Part shown: positions 10,115 through 18,955 of the stretch, piece by piece
Position numbering within the stretch: position 1 is the stretch's first letter
Layout: each line of letters starts with the position of its first letter
Virus record (IMG/VR): IMGVR_UViG_3300043395_001986
Location: 173,308-237,307 of that record
Direction: 5' to 3' (one strand)
Length of the DNA: 64,000 nucleotides
Source of the DNA: a virus
Taxonomy: Duplodnaviria; Heunggongvirae; Uroviricota; Caudoviricetes
Position numbers and translations under genes: made by a program
The notes under the pieces: generated by a model
Told to the model about the DNA's origin: nothing
The model's database searches: none
The model's input: the letters and a program-made list of their open reading frames with translations, nothing else

Positions 10115-10943
10115 ATTATATAGCAATGGTTGCTCTTATATGTGGGGACACGGACATAACAATGTTAATATTTTCCATATGTTTGAAGAAACGAAAAATA
10201 TAGATATATCTGAAAAAATGATATATGAAAAAAATTCGTTTTTTAATAATTACGATTGGGTTAGAAAAAAGTTTCAATATCCGAAATTAGTTGCTGACCA
10301 TTTTGGATTAGAATTAATAGATGAATCAATATATGGTGGTAGTTTTGAAAGAGTATATAGAAAAACAATGCAATATATTCTTAAAACAAAAGATATATCT
10401 GATACTATATTTTTATTAGAATGGCCAAACGGAAGTAGAAGTGAATTTTGGTCGAATACAAGTAATAGATTCATCAATCTAACAGCAATGCGAGATAATT
10501 TCGATAATGTTGATTTTGATGATTTTGGGCAAGCAGGTAATTGGTATTATAGATTCTATGACCCAAATATATTTCAAATAAATGAAATTTTTATGGGTTT
10601 AACTTTAAAAAATTATATAGAATCATTGGGTGGTATTGCTGTTTTCTGTTTATGTGATAATTTAGAATTTTGTTTTAAACACGACACAAAAAATGTTGTT
10701 AGTAAGTATTTGAATGAAGATGATTTACGTGAAAAATTAGAAAAAGAAATATATCCAAATTGTGTTTTGTTTGAAAAGGGAATGAATAAAAATTATAATT
10801 TAATATATTACTACTTACATTTAGAAAAAGCAGCATTCAAATACGATACAAATGGGCTATTCAAAGATGAACATAATTCTTTCAGAGGATCGAGACTTAT
10901 TGCAGAGAATATAATAAAACACATAGAAAATGTTACAAATTAA
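10098..10943 (+). CDS. SGNH/GDSL-family hydrolase-like protein (paralog 4, divergent)
   Basis: Block I YSNGCSYMWGHGH, block II ESIYGGSFERV, block V DEHNSFRGSRLIAENI. Confidence 0.5.
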   Translation: MKKYNKLYSNGCSYMWGHGHNNVNIFHMFEETKNIDISEKMIYEKNSFFNNYDWVRKKFQYPKLVADHFGLELIDESIYGGSFERVYRKTMQYILKTKDISDTIFLLEWPNGSRSEFWSNTSNRFINLTAMRDNFDNVDFDDFGQAGNWYYRFYDPNIFQINEIFMGLTLKNYIESLGGIAVFCLCDNLEFCFKHDTKNVVSKYLNEDDLREKLEKEIYPNCVLFEKGMNKNYNLIYYYLHLEKAAFKYDTNGLFKDEHNSFRGSRLIAENIIKHIENVTN

Positions 10944-11931
10944 AATAATACAACCAGATAGATTAGAAAGATTTAATGTTAATTCTGATTTACATAAATT
11001 ATTACCATTCAAAGCAAGAGGTGATGAAAATAATATTATATTTGAAAATTCTAATGATGCTGATATAAACATAGTAAGTTCTTTTCATTTAAAACAATTA
11101 TATAAAAATGAACAATTTTCTGAAATAGAAAATATAGGTAAAAAAATATTAATAATTGATAATATACATGAACATTTGGATATAACCGATTTGGAAAATA
11201 TATCAAAATATTTAGAAAAAAAACCAATAGTTTTTACTGCAAACATTTTATTATACAATTCGGATTTATGTTATACACCATCAAAAGAATTTGCAATATA
11301 TCAATTTTATGATGTTTTACATAGAACTGATTTTATAGAAAATAGGAAGTATGATGTAGTTTCATTTAACAACGCAGTAAGACCATATAGGGATTCATTA
11401 GTAAATAAACTTCTTGAAAAAAAGAAAGAATTTGATGTTATCACATATCTTTTATCAGATATAGCTGGTGTTAAAGAATTTAATAAAAAGTTTAAATGGA
11501 AACATGATGCATATATTGATGTTCAATTTACAATCGCCAACTCATATCTAAATGTATATTCGGAATCTATGTTTTCTCAAAAGCACACCGGAAATCAAAG
11601 TGTAAAAGTAACAGAAAAAACATATTGGAATTTAGTAACGGGTACACCTTTTTTATCTTTTGAGTATAATAATGATAAATTAGATTTTTTAAAAAGTTTT
11701 GGGTTCTATACATTTGATGATTTGAATTTATTTCCAAATGAAGATTTTGATTACAATAAGACCGTAGAGTTCTTAAACACTAAAATTGATTACATATATA
11801 ATATGGATTTAATTGAATATTTTAACAACAATATAGTATTTTGTAAAAATAATAATGTTTTATCTAGAAATATTTTAGAAAATTATAATTTTAAAGAAGA
11901 TTTTACAAAATTATTAGATTCAAATTTTTGA
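10930..11931 (+). CDS. Unknown paralog family 'X' member 1 (putative glycan-processing enzyme)
   Basis: C-terminal region FSQKHTGNQSVKVTEKTYWNLVTGTPFLSFEY...LDFLKSFGFYTFDDLNLFPNEDFDYNKTVEFL aligns with FSEKTIKGLFSPRPFILHSYPFSLKKLRKLGFKTFDFLFDEEYDNIVDHEQRL of 36261 ORF and the equivalent in 37418 ORF. Confidence 0.5.
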   Translation: MLQIKIIQPDRLERFNVNSDLHKLLPFKARGDENNIIFENSNDADINIVSSFHLKQLYKNEQFSEIENIGKKILIIDNIHEHLDITDLENISKYLEKKPIVFTANILLYNSDLCYTPSKEFAIYQFYDVLHRTDFIENRKYDVVSFNNAVRPYRDSLVNKLLEKKKEFDVITYLLSDIAGVKEFNKKFKWKHDAYIDVQFTIANSYLNVYSESMFSQKHTGNQSVKVTEKTYWNLVTGTPFLSFEYNNDKLDFLKSFGFYTFDDLNLFPNEDFDYNKTVEFLNTKIDYIYNMDLIEYFNNNIVFCKNNNVLSRNILENYNFKEDFTKLLDSNF

Positions 11932-11959
11932 AATGGATAGTTGACATATACTTATTAGT

Positions 11960-12604
11960 ATGACAACAATCATAAAAATAAAAAACTATATTGCAGATAA
12001 GATAGCAATATTTTTCCTGGCATTAGTAGGTATATGGATTGCTTTTGCATTATTATTCCAACTTACAATGGTGGGTATACATTTTAGTGGAAATACACAA
12101 TTAGAAACAGATATTGCAAATTGGTTTAGTTGGAAATTTGATGGTACATTCAAAAACTCACCAGAAAATATTTGGTATAATGCAGAGGAACATGTTTGGG
12201 TTGAAAGTGTAGAAAATAAAGTTAAAGTTGGTAAATTAGCTGGAAACAGAAATTTAGCATTCGGTGTTAAAAATGTTTTGGAAGAAGCATTGCAAGAAAA
12301 AGGATTGGATTTAGCACCATCAGCAACACAAAAATTAAAAGTTGAAATTATCTATTTAGATGTTTTAACAACAAAATCAAATATCTCCGTATTTCACAAA
12401 GGAGAAGAGGAAGTAGTCATCCGCCTTAAAGGTACAATTTACAAAGATGGCAAAAAAGACAAAGAGGTTATAGTTGAAGAAAGTTCTGCTGAAATCTCAA
12501 TGTCAACGCTCATAATAGATGAAGGTGGTAAGTTTAACCAGACTTCTTTAAGCAATGCATTGAAGAAAGGTTCTGTTAAACTTATTACTAAACTATTTGA
12601 GTAA
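11960..12604 (+). CDS. Membrane-anchored hypothetical protein
   Basis: Two N-terminal hydrophobic helices (IAIFFLALVGIWIAFALLFQLTMVGI); soluble C-terminal domain. Confidence 0.45.
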   Translation: MTTIIKIKNYIADKIAIFFLALVGIWIAFALLFQLTMVGIHFSGNTQLETDIANWFSWKFDGTFKNSPENIWYNAEEHVWVESVENKVKVGKLAGNRNLAFGVKNVLEEALQEKGLDLAPSATQKLKVEIIYLDVLTTKSNISVFHKGEEEVVIRLKGTIYKDGKKDKEVIVEESSAEISMSTLIIDEGGKFNQTSLSNALKKGSVKLITKLFE

Positions 12605-12606
12605 AT

Positions 12607-14271
12607 ATGAAAAAATTATCATTGTTAGTTGCAGCTTTGTTTGTAACTATACTATCATTTGGACAAATTGTTGTTAATCAATCGGTATCATCTGGACCAT
12701 ACAAGGTTGGGGATACAATAACAATAACATATACTGTCAATAAAGGTGAAACCAAGCCTCGTTATTTTTGGTTACGATACCAATATAACAATAAGGCGTT
12801 AACTTATCTTTCAACTACATTTTCACAAGGTAGCCAATCACAAACTTATTATACAGGTTGGACAAACTATAAGTTTACTCCAAATGCAAATATAGCAGAT
12901 ACTTCGTTGTATGCACAATATAATTCTACACCTTGGGGATATGTAACAAATGCAGATTGGAATGTTGGGCAATTAGCAGTTCAAAGAGCAGATAAAAGTA
13001 TAGATGGTGTATTAGCAACTCAAAAATACATTCTTAAAGACCAAAATGCATATGCGAACTTTCATAAATTAGACCTTTCATACGCAACGGATAGTGCAAG
13101 CGGTGTATATATTCCATATGTAAAAACAACTTCGGGTCCTTTATCAATAACTGGCGTAACAGGCAATACATCATATTTTAAAGTAAGAGTATTATACCCA
13201 TCCGGATATAGTATTACTGACCACAATGTTCAATTGATGCCACTTAAAACCGATGGTAGTGGTGATATAGATTGGGCAAAACAACCAATAGCACAAAAAG
13301 TATTAGATGCAAGTGGTGAAGCCTTATTCACATCTGGAATTAAAGTTGGTGATAGTGTTGGTGTATTTGTTTCAAACGCATCCCAAAAAAGTTGGATGAA
13401 TAATGTGATAACTGTCTCTGATGCATATAAAGCATTTTTAGGTATAACTCAAACAGATTTGACGGGAGTTCCAACATATTTCCAAAGACCAGCATTAGAA
13501 AAGAAAATTGGTAATGTAACTAAAAACGATATGGACTTTACAGAGGCAGATGCATACAATTTATTTGCATATGTAATGGGACAAGATGTATCAGCAAACG
13601 CATTTATTCCAACATCAACCGCAACTTCATGGAGATGGCATAGTGGTTTATTAAATCAAAGTTGGTTAAACGGAACGGCGACAAATAAAGTATATGTAAC
13701 AGCACCACAACAAACAGCAGAAGCGGTATTTGCATGGGGTGGTGATTTAGACTGGTCACATTCATCTTTTCCTGATACAATCGCAGCAAGAATAGCAAGT
13801 GGTATCTATACAAACGCAGTTAATCCTGGTACATCGGATGTAGCTAATATTAAAACTATGGCAGTTTCAACAAACACATCAATTGCATATAATTCGGCTA
13901 CATTAGAAACAATATCATTGGGTGTAACTTCTAAATTGGAAGGTGGTAAAGTTGTATTAAGTACAAACTTAACAAAAGAAGGTTTAGCAGGTTTACAGGT
14001 CATAATGCAATACGATAGCACAAAATTAAGTTTAGATAATGTAATATTCAATACAGGTTCAACAATGACAAACTTCTCAACAAAAGCAGATGGTAGACTG
14101 ACTTTTGGTTCTATTGACCAATTAAAAACTGCGCGAATTAAAGTTGGAACACCTTATATATTGATATTCACTCCAAAGGTAACATTAAATAATACAGCAG
14201 GTTTATTCTATTTCGTATTAGCAGATGCAGTTGACGGAAACGGAAACAAACTAAATCTAAACATAGAATAA
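12607..14271 (+). CDS. Secreted modular protein with dockerin-like repeats and C-terminal cohesin-like domain
   Basis: Sec signal MKKLSLLVAALFVTILSFGQ; VITVSDAYKAFLGITQTDLTG and NDMDFTEADAYNLFAYVMGQD resemble dockerin Ca-binding repeats; C-terminus KVVLSTNLTKEGLAGLQVIMQYDSTKLSLDNVIFNTGS...DGRLTFGSID matches the cohesin pattern (..V.V.L....GF.G.QF.L.YD...L......G). Confidence 0.6.
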   Translation: MKKLSLLVAALFVTILSFGQIVVNQSVSSGPYKVGDTITITYTVNKGETKPRYFWLRYQYNNKALTYLSTTFSQGSQSQTYYTGWTNYKFTPNANIADTSLYAQYNSTPWGYVTNADWNVGQLAVQRADKSIDGVLATQKYILKDQNAYANFHKLDLSYATDSASGVYIPYVKTTSGPLSITGVTGNTSYFKVRVLYPSGYSITDHNVQLMPLKTDGSGDIDWAKQPIAQKVLDASGEALFTSGIKVGDSVGVFVSNASQKSWMNNVITVSDAYKAFLGITQTDLTGVPTYFQRPALEKKIGNVTKNDMDFTEADAYNLFAYVMGQDVSANAFIPTSTATSWRWHSGLLNQSWLNGTATNKVYVTAPQQTAEAVFAWGGDLDWSHSSFPDTIAARIASGIYTNAVNPGTSDVANIKTMAVSTNTSIAYNSATLETISLGVTSKLEGGKVVLSTNLTKEGLAGLQVIMQYDSTKLSLDNVIFNTGSTMTNFSTKADGRLTFGSIDQLKTARIKVGTPYILIFTPKVTLNNTAGLFYFVLADAVDGNGNKLNLNIE

Positions 14272-14274
14272 TAA

Positions 14275-16932
14275 ATGAAAAAATTATTAGTTACACTATT
14301 CTTATTTATATCATTTTTAGGGTTCGGTCAGCAAATAAATGCACCAGACCCTAAAGAGTTTACTGTCAACACATCCGGACAAGATGCAAGTGGATTTAGT
14401 TTAAGTGGATTTAATTCTACTGCAACTTTACTTTGTGCAATTGGTTTACCCACAGCACCAATCGGAACTACATTTTATTTCTCAACAACATCCGGCGTAA
14501 CTGCATCAACCGGTTACACAATGAGTGGTAACAAAACTCGTATTTCATTCACCGGAACAATGGCTAATATCAATAATGTATTGGCATCAATGAAAATAAA
14601 CACAACGGGAACAGCGGGTGATATTAGTATTTCAGTATCAGCAACTGTCAACCCAACGGGATATTATTACTTACCAACAAACGGACACTTTTATAGACCT
14701 ATGAGTGGGTTTACCGGGGTAACTGCATTTAGTGGAACTTCTGTAACTGCATATAATAATCTTAAAACCTATTGTACTCAACAATCATTCAAAGGACAGA
14801 CTGGCTATCTAATGACAATCACATCATCAGATGAAGATAACTTCGTTGTAAACAATGTACCTGGAAATAATATTATATTTGCACTTACCGATAATGTAAC
14901 CGAAGGTAGATTTGTAATTGATGCAGGACCTGAAAATGGAACTGTCGTAAGAATAAACTCAACAAATCAAACAGGACAATATAATAACTGGGCAAATGGT
15001 GAACCAAACAACTGGGGACCTGGTGAGGATTATGTTGTAACAAAATGGAATGGTTCACAATGGAATGATTTTGGACCCGAAGCAACCGCGTTCCCTGGCG
15101 GATTGGGTGGATATGTAATTGAGTTTGGAACTTGGAACAATCCTGATGACCAAACTTTTAGTGATTTTTACAATAATAGTGTGGTGCATTATAATGGTGT
15201 AAACAATAATTTAAAATCACAATTTACAATTAACTTTGGTGGCAATATAGATGAAACTAAATTTTCAGCAGCATTACATAAAAGAAATGATGCAACATCA
15301 GCTTGGACAGCAAATTCAAATGTGGCATTAAATGGAGTGGGAAGGGTAACTCTATCAACTCAATTAGATACGGCAAAGGTATTTTCATCTGCAATATCAA
15401 TAGCAGCAACAAATGATATGACTCAATATAGTGAAAGTGATATTGGTAAGATATATAAAATGACTATAACGGGCAATACAGGTGGCGGTGCAATTTGGGG
15501 GACAAACATATACACAAACGATTCATATATTCCAAAAGCAGCAGTGCACGCTGGGATTTTAACTGCCGGACAAACAAAAGAAGTTTACATTAAAATAGTT
15601 GAAGGACAAAACGACTATCCATCAACAACACAAAATGGTATAACATCGGATAGTTGGGGAGCATGGGGATTGAGTTATCAATTTGTTGCCAATCCAACTG
15701 CATACAAAGCAACAATTACACCGGGGCAAGTTGAATGGTCTTATACAAATCCAAACGCAAGTTGGTTGAGTGGTAATAGTAGATTGTTAATAGATATGAG
15801 ACAAGTTGGTAGTATTGACCCTACTAAAATTACACATACAAAAATATTTGATGCATATGATGGAGTTATGACATATACTTCGCATGACGCAAATGGTTGG
15901 GCAATATACACAGTCCCATCACCACTAACAAAAATAACTGATGGAACTTCCGCATACAATTCTTATATTAGAAATGTAAATAATTGGAATACGGATTATG
16001 CTTTTCAAAGCACAATCACACTTACACAACAAGGAGCATATAAACAACATAAATTTGTATTTCAAAATTATGATTCGGTTCAATTAAAATCTCTTTATAA
16101 TAGTATTGTGACGGTATCGGATGTGTATTTGGCATTCAAAGAATATTCAGAAGCAGGTGGTATATTTGGTGGTGGAAGTGGAACACAATTTACCTATGGT
16201 ATTCAATTCAAAAATGCGGATGTAGATGGTAATAATGTATTTGATGAAAGAGATTGTTTTAGATTATTACAAAACCTTACAGGTGCAAGAGATTTAGTAA
16301 GTAGTTATGTGTTGGATAGCACTATGAAAATTGTGTTGGACTCTACATACGGAACTATTGGAAAATCTAATTGGCAACAATTTCCATCTTATTTAGGAAA
16401 GGAATATAGTTTTAGTTTATTAGAAGGAAAAACAAACTATTCATACAATTTAGCGGTAACTTGGAAAGGTGATGTAAACTTATCACATTCAGCAACACCG
16501 CCGGCAAATGGTATAACAAATATGTCAGCAAACTTTGGTGAAAGAGTGCAATCAATGGGTGTAAGTGTTCCAATGAATGCAAGTATAATGACTGAATTGA
16601 GTGGGGATAGTGTGTATGTAGAAATCGTATTTAACCCAGGAGATAACAACATAGTAGGAACTCAATTCCAATTAAACTATGATAACTCTTTGTTAAAATA
16701 TAATAAAACCGAATATATCGTAAATGGTTCACCAACTAACTATTCCGCAAACAAAGGAACTTTTATTAATGTGGGTTCTTTGAATACGGATGGTTCACAA
16801 ATTACATCAGCAACTTACAAAGTTCTATTCACTACTACACAAAAATTGAATGGTGGATTGGGATTGGTAAGTGTGGGTAATTCGGAAGCAGTTAGTAAAG
16901 ATGGTAAATCATTGGGAGTAAAAATAAAATAA
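14275..16932 (+). CDS. Secreted modular protein: C-type lectin-like domain + LCCL domain + dockerin-like + cohesin-like modules
   Basis: Signal MKKLLVTLFLFISFLGFGQ; CTLD: GHFYRP...KTYCTQQ...GYLMTITSSDEDNFV...NNWANGEPNNWGPGEDYVVTKWNGSQWNDFG; LCCL: IWGTNIYTNDSYIPKAAVHAGIL; dockerin-like DVDGNNVFDERDCFRLLQNLTG; cohesin-like VYVEIVFNPGDNNIVGTQFQLNYDNSLLKY. Confidence 0.7.
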   Translation: MKKLLVTLFLFISFLGFGQQINAPDPKEFTVNTSGQDASGFSLSGFNSTATLLCAIGLPTAPIGTTFYFSTTSGVTASTGYTMSGNKTRISFTGTMANINNVLASMKINTTGTAGDISISVSATVNPTGYYYLPTNGHFYRPMSGFTGVTAFSGTSVTAYNNLKTYCTQQSFKGQTGYLMTITSSDEDNFVVNNVPGNNIIFALTDNVTEGRFVIDAGPENGTVVRINSTNQTGQYNNWANGEPNNWGPGEDYVVTKWNGSQWNDFGPEATAFPGGLGGYVIEFGTWNNPDDQTFSDFYNNSVVHYNGVNNNLKSQFTINFGGNIDETKFSAALHKRNDATSAWTANSNVALNGVGRVTLSTQLDTAKVFSSAISIAATNDMTQYSESDIGKIYKMTITGNTGGGAIWGTNIYTNDSYIPKAAVHAGILTAGQTKEVYIKIVEGQNDYPSTTQNGITSDSWGAWGLSYQFVANPTAYKATITPGQVEWSYTNPNASWLSGNSRLLIDMRQVGSIDPTKITHTKIFDAYDGVMTYTSHDANGWAIYTVPSPLTKITDGTSAYNSYIRNVNNWNTDYAFQSTITLTQQGAYKQHKFVFQNYDSVQLKSLYNSIVTVSDVYLAFKEYSEAGGIFGGGSGTQFTYGIQFKNADVDGNNVFDERDCFRLLQNLTGARDLVSSYVLDSTMKIVLDSTYGTIGKSNWQQFPSYLGKEYSFSLLEGKTNYSYNLAVTWKGDVNLSHSATPPANGITNMSANFGERVQSMGVSVPMNASIMTELSGDSVYVEIVFNPGDNNIVGTQFQLNYDNSLLKYNKTEYIVNGSPTNYSANKGTFINVGSLNTDGSQITSATYKVLFTTTQKLNGGLGLVSVGNSEAVSKDGKSLGVKIK

Positions 16933-17831
16933 TGAAAAAAATATTATTAATCATATCATTGGTTTTAATTGGATTTGTATCAAACGCACAAATACAAAAA
17001 CCTGATACATTACAATTATCCGCAAAAGAATTATTTGGAGAGAGTGATGATTGGAATGATGTGGGTATATTACAATCCTATATTGATTTCTCAAAAGATG
17101 TTCTTTCATCATCAAATCTTTCGGTTGGTATAATTGGAAAACAGGTATCAACAACACTTAATTTAGGATATAGTAAATCATCACTAAATGGAAAATGGGC
17201 ACATACATTTGCAGCATCAATAAATCCTTTATGGAAATATTATGGAGTGGGATATGGTTTAAGTAGAAATACTGAAAAGAGAACAACAACAATACAAACA
17301 TTTTATTCTACGGATTTTGATTTTCAAAAAGATATTAACCTATCATTTATTGATGTGTTTAGAACTAAAAAATGGGGAACATTTGGATATAGTTTAACTG
17401 CATCAAAAACATTTTGGGGAGAATATGAAAATGTTTCTGCTTGGGAAGGTAAGTTTATTGTTGATGAAAATGGTAATTGGGTAAAAAACATATATCCAAT
17501 AGACCCAGCATCATCTGAACTTACTTATAGAGGTATGGCAATGTACACATATACATTGAAAACAAAAAGAGTGAATATATCACCACAGGTATTTGCAATG
17601 AGTGATATATACAAAGTATTCAAAAATGGTGGCACATCTGATTTTTCGTACTTTGATGATTTCAATTTGGACTTATATTATGGAGTATCTATGGATTGGA
17701 AAATAACTAAAAGATTTGTGTTGAATACCAATGTTAGATATAACACAACTTGGGATACATTAAGTGAATCAGTTGGATATAAAAAGAGTAACCCAATCCT
17801 ATTTATGATAGGAACAAACTTTCAATTTTAA
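16932..17831 (+). CDS. Secreted outer-membrane beta-barrel-like protein (paralog of C-terminal domain of 22856 ORF)
   Basis: Signal MKKILLIISLVLIGFVSNAQ; alternating hydrophobic beta-strand pattern; C-terminal aromatic (..NFQF); ISPQVFAMSD...ITKRF.LNTNVRYN aligns with ISPQVFGMNS...ISKRFGFSFNYRAS of 22856 ORF. Confidence 0.5.
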   Translation: MKKILLIISLVLIGFVSNAQIQKPDTLQLSAKELFGESDDWNDVGILQSYIDFSKDVLSSSNLSVGIIGKQVSTTLNLGYSKSSLNGKWAHTFAASINPLWKYYGVGYGLSRNTEKRTTTIQTFYSTDFDFQKDINLSFIDVFRTKKWGTFGYSLTASKTFWGEYENVSAWEGKFIVDENGNWVKNIYPIDPASSELTYRGMAMYTYTLKTKRVNISPQVFAMSDIYKVFKNGGTSDFSYFDDFNLDLYYGVSMDWKITKRFVLNTNVRYNTTWDTLSESVGYKKSNPILFMIGTNFQF

Positions 17832-18175
17832 TGAAGAAGATATTATTTATATTATTTTTAAGTTTGGTAGCTTGTAGAAAAGTAGAAGTTATACCAACAC
17901 CACAACCTACAACAACCGATATATTTTCAAAATCAGAAGTAGCAGTTAAAGATGGACAAGATATACAATTCAAACTTACATCAGCAGGTAAATATATACT
18001 TACTTTGATGGATTCAACTCAAACACAGGTAGTAACAAAAGAAAAATTTACTGGAATTGTTGGAGATAACACAAAAAAAATATATACTAAATCATTATCA
18101 CAAAAAAGTTTATATTTATACCTAACAGACGAGAGTAACAAAGAAATTGGAAAAACTAAAATAACAATAAATTAA
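17831..18175 (+). CDS. Small lipoprotein (paralog A) with beta-sandwich/T9SS-CTD-like C-terminal pattern
   Basis: Lipobox LSLVAC; C-terminal alternating pattern YILTLMD...KSLYLYLTDESNKEIGKTKITIN similar to neighbour 18177 ORF. Confidence 0.5.
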   Translation: MKKILFILFLSLVACRKVEVIPTPQPTTTDIFSKSEVAVKDGQDIQFKLTSAGKYILTLMDSTQTQVVTKEKFTGIVGDNTKKIYTKSLSQKSLYLYLTDESNKEIGKTKITIN

Positions 18176-18176
18176 G

Positions 18177-18545
18177 ATGAAAAAACTATTATTCGTATTA
18201 TTCGGAATTATGGTTATAGCAGGATGTAGAAAAGACCCATTTGTAACCCCACCAGTTGCGGTTGACAATAGTCTTACAATTTCACAATCCGTTGGTATTA
18301 AATTACAATCACCATTTGTGACAACAGAAGTAGCAATGAATGTAAAAGTTGAAGCAGGACAAAATGTGACAATAAAGATATTTGATATTGCAAACAGAGT
18401 AGTATCAAAAGAAACGGCATGGGTAAATAGTGGTGATAATATCTTAAAGGTATATACATCAGCACTTCCAGCATCAGCATATAGAATTGGTTTATATGAC
18501 GTAAATGGAAAACAATTAGGTATAACAGATTTTAACAAATTATAA
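18177..18545 (+). CDS. Small lipoprotein (paralog B) with beta-sandwich/T9SS-CTD-like C-terminal pattern
   Basis: Lipobox VIAGC; VTIKIFDIANRVVSKETAWVNSGDNILKVYTSALPASAYRIGLYDVNGK resembles Por/T9SS C-terminal sorting domain pattern (v.iyD..Gr.v....G.n...id.s.l..GvY.v.l). Confidence 0.5.
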   Translation: MKKLLFVLFGIMVIAGCRKDPFVTPPVAVDNSLTISQSVGIKLQSPFVTTEVAMNVKVEAGQNVTIKIFDIANRVVSKETAWVNSGDNILKVYTSALPASAYRIGLYDVNGKQLGITDFNKL

Positions 18546-18556
18546 AAAGTAACAAA

Positions 18557-18871
18557 ATGGCAGAAGAAACACAAGAGCAATCAACAGGTGGTTCAATGAA
18601 AAACGTAATCATCGGTTTTGTATCTACGATTACATTAGGTTTGGGTACATGGGTAACAACAAAATTAACAGGTGGTGAAGAAAAGGAAGCTCCGGTACAA
18701 ACCGCAGCACCAGTAATTAACATTCAAAACACCCAACAACAATCAGCAGGCAAGACTGTAATTGTAAATGGTGGTGGAAACAATGGTGGGGCAGCAGCTA
18801 AACCAACAGATGCACCAAAACCAAAGAAGAAAGAGGGTGATGAGTTTAAAGAAAAAGCACCTGAATGGTAG
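18557..18871 (+). CDS. Small membrane protein
   Basis: One TM helix (VIIGFVSTITLGLGTWVTTKL); Gly/Ala/Lys-rich tail. Confidence 0.4.
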   Translation: MAEETQEQSTGGSMKNVIIGFVSTITLGLGTWVTTKLTGGEEKEAPVQTAAPVINIQNTQQQSAGKTVIVNGGGNNGGAAAKPTDAPKPKKKEGDEFKEKAPEW

Positions 18872-18955
18872 TATGGTATCAAATAGGGACGGTTCTATTT
18901 TTTATAATAGGATTGACTTTATTAATTAAATGGTCATTTAAAATAAAGAAAGAAG

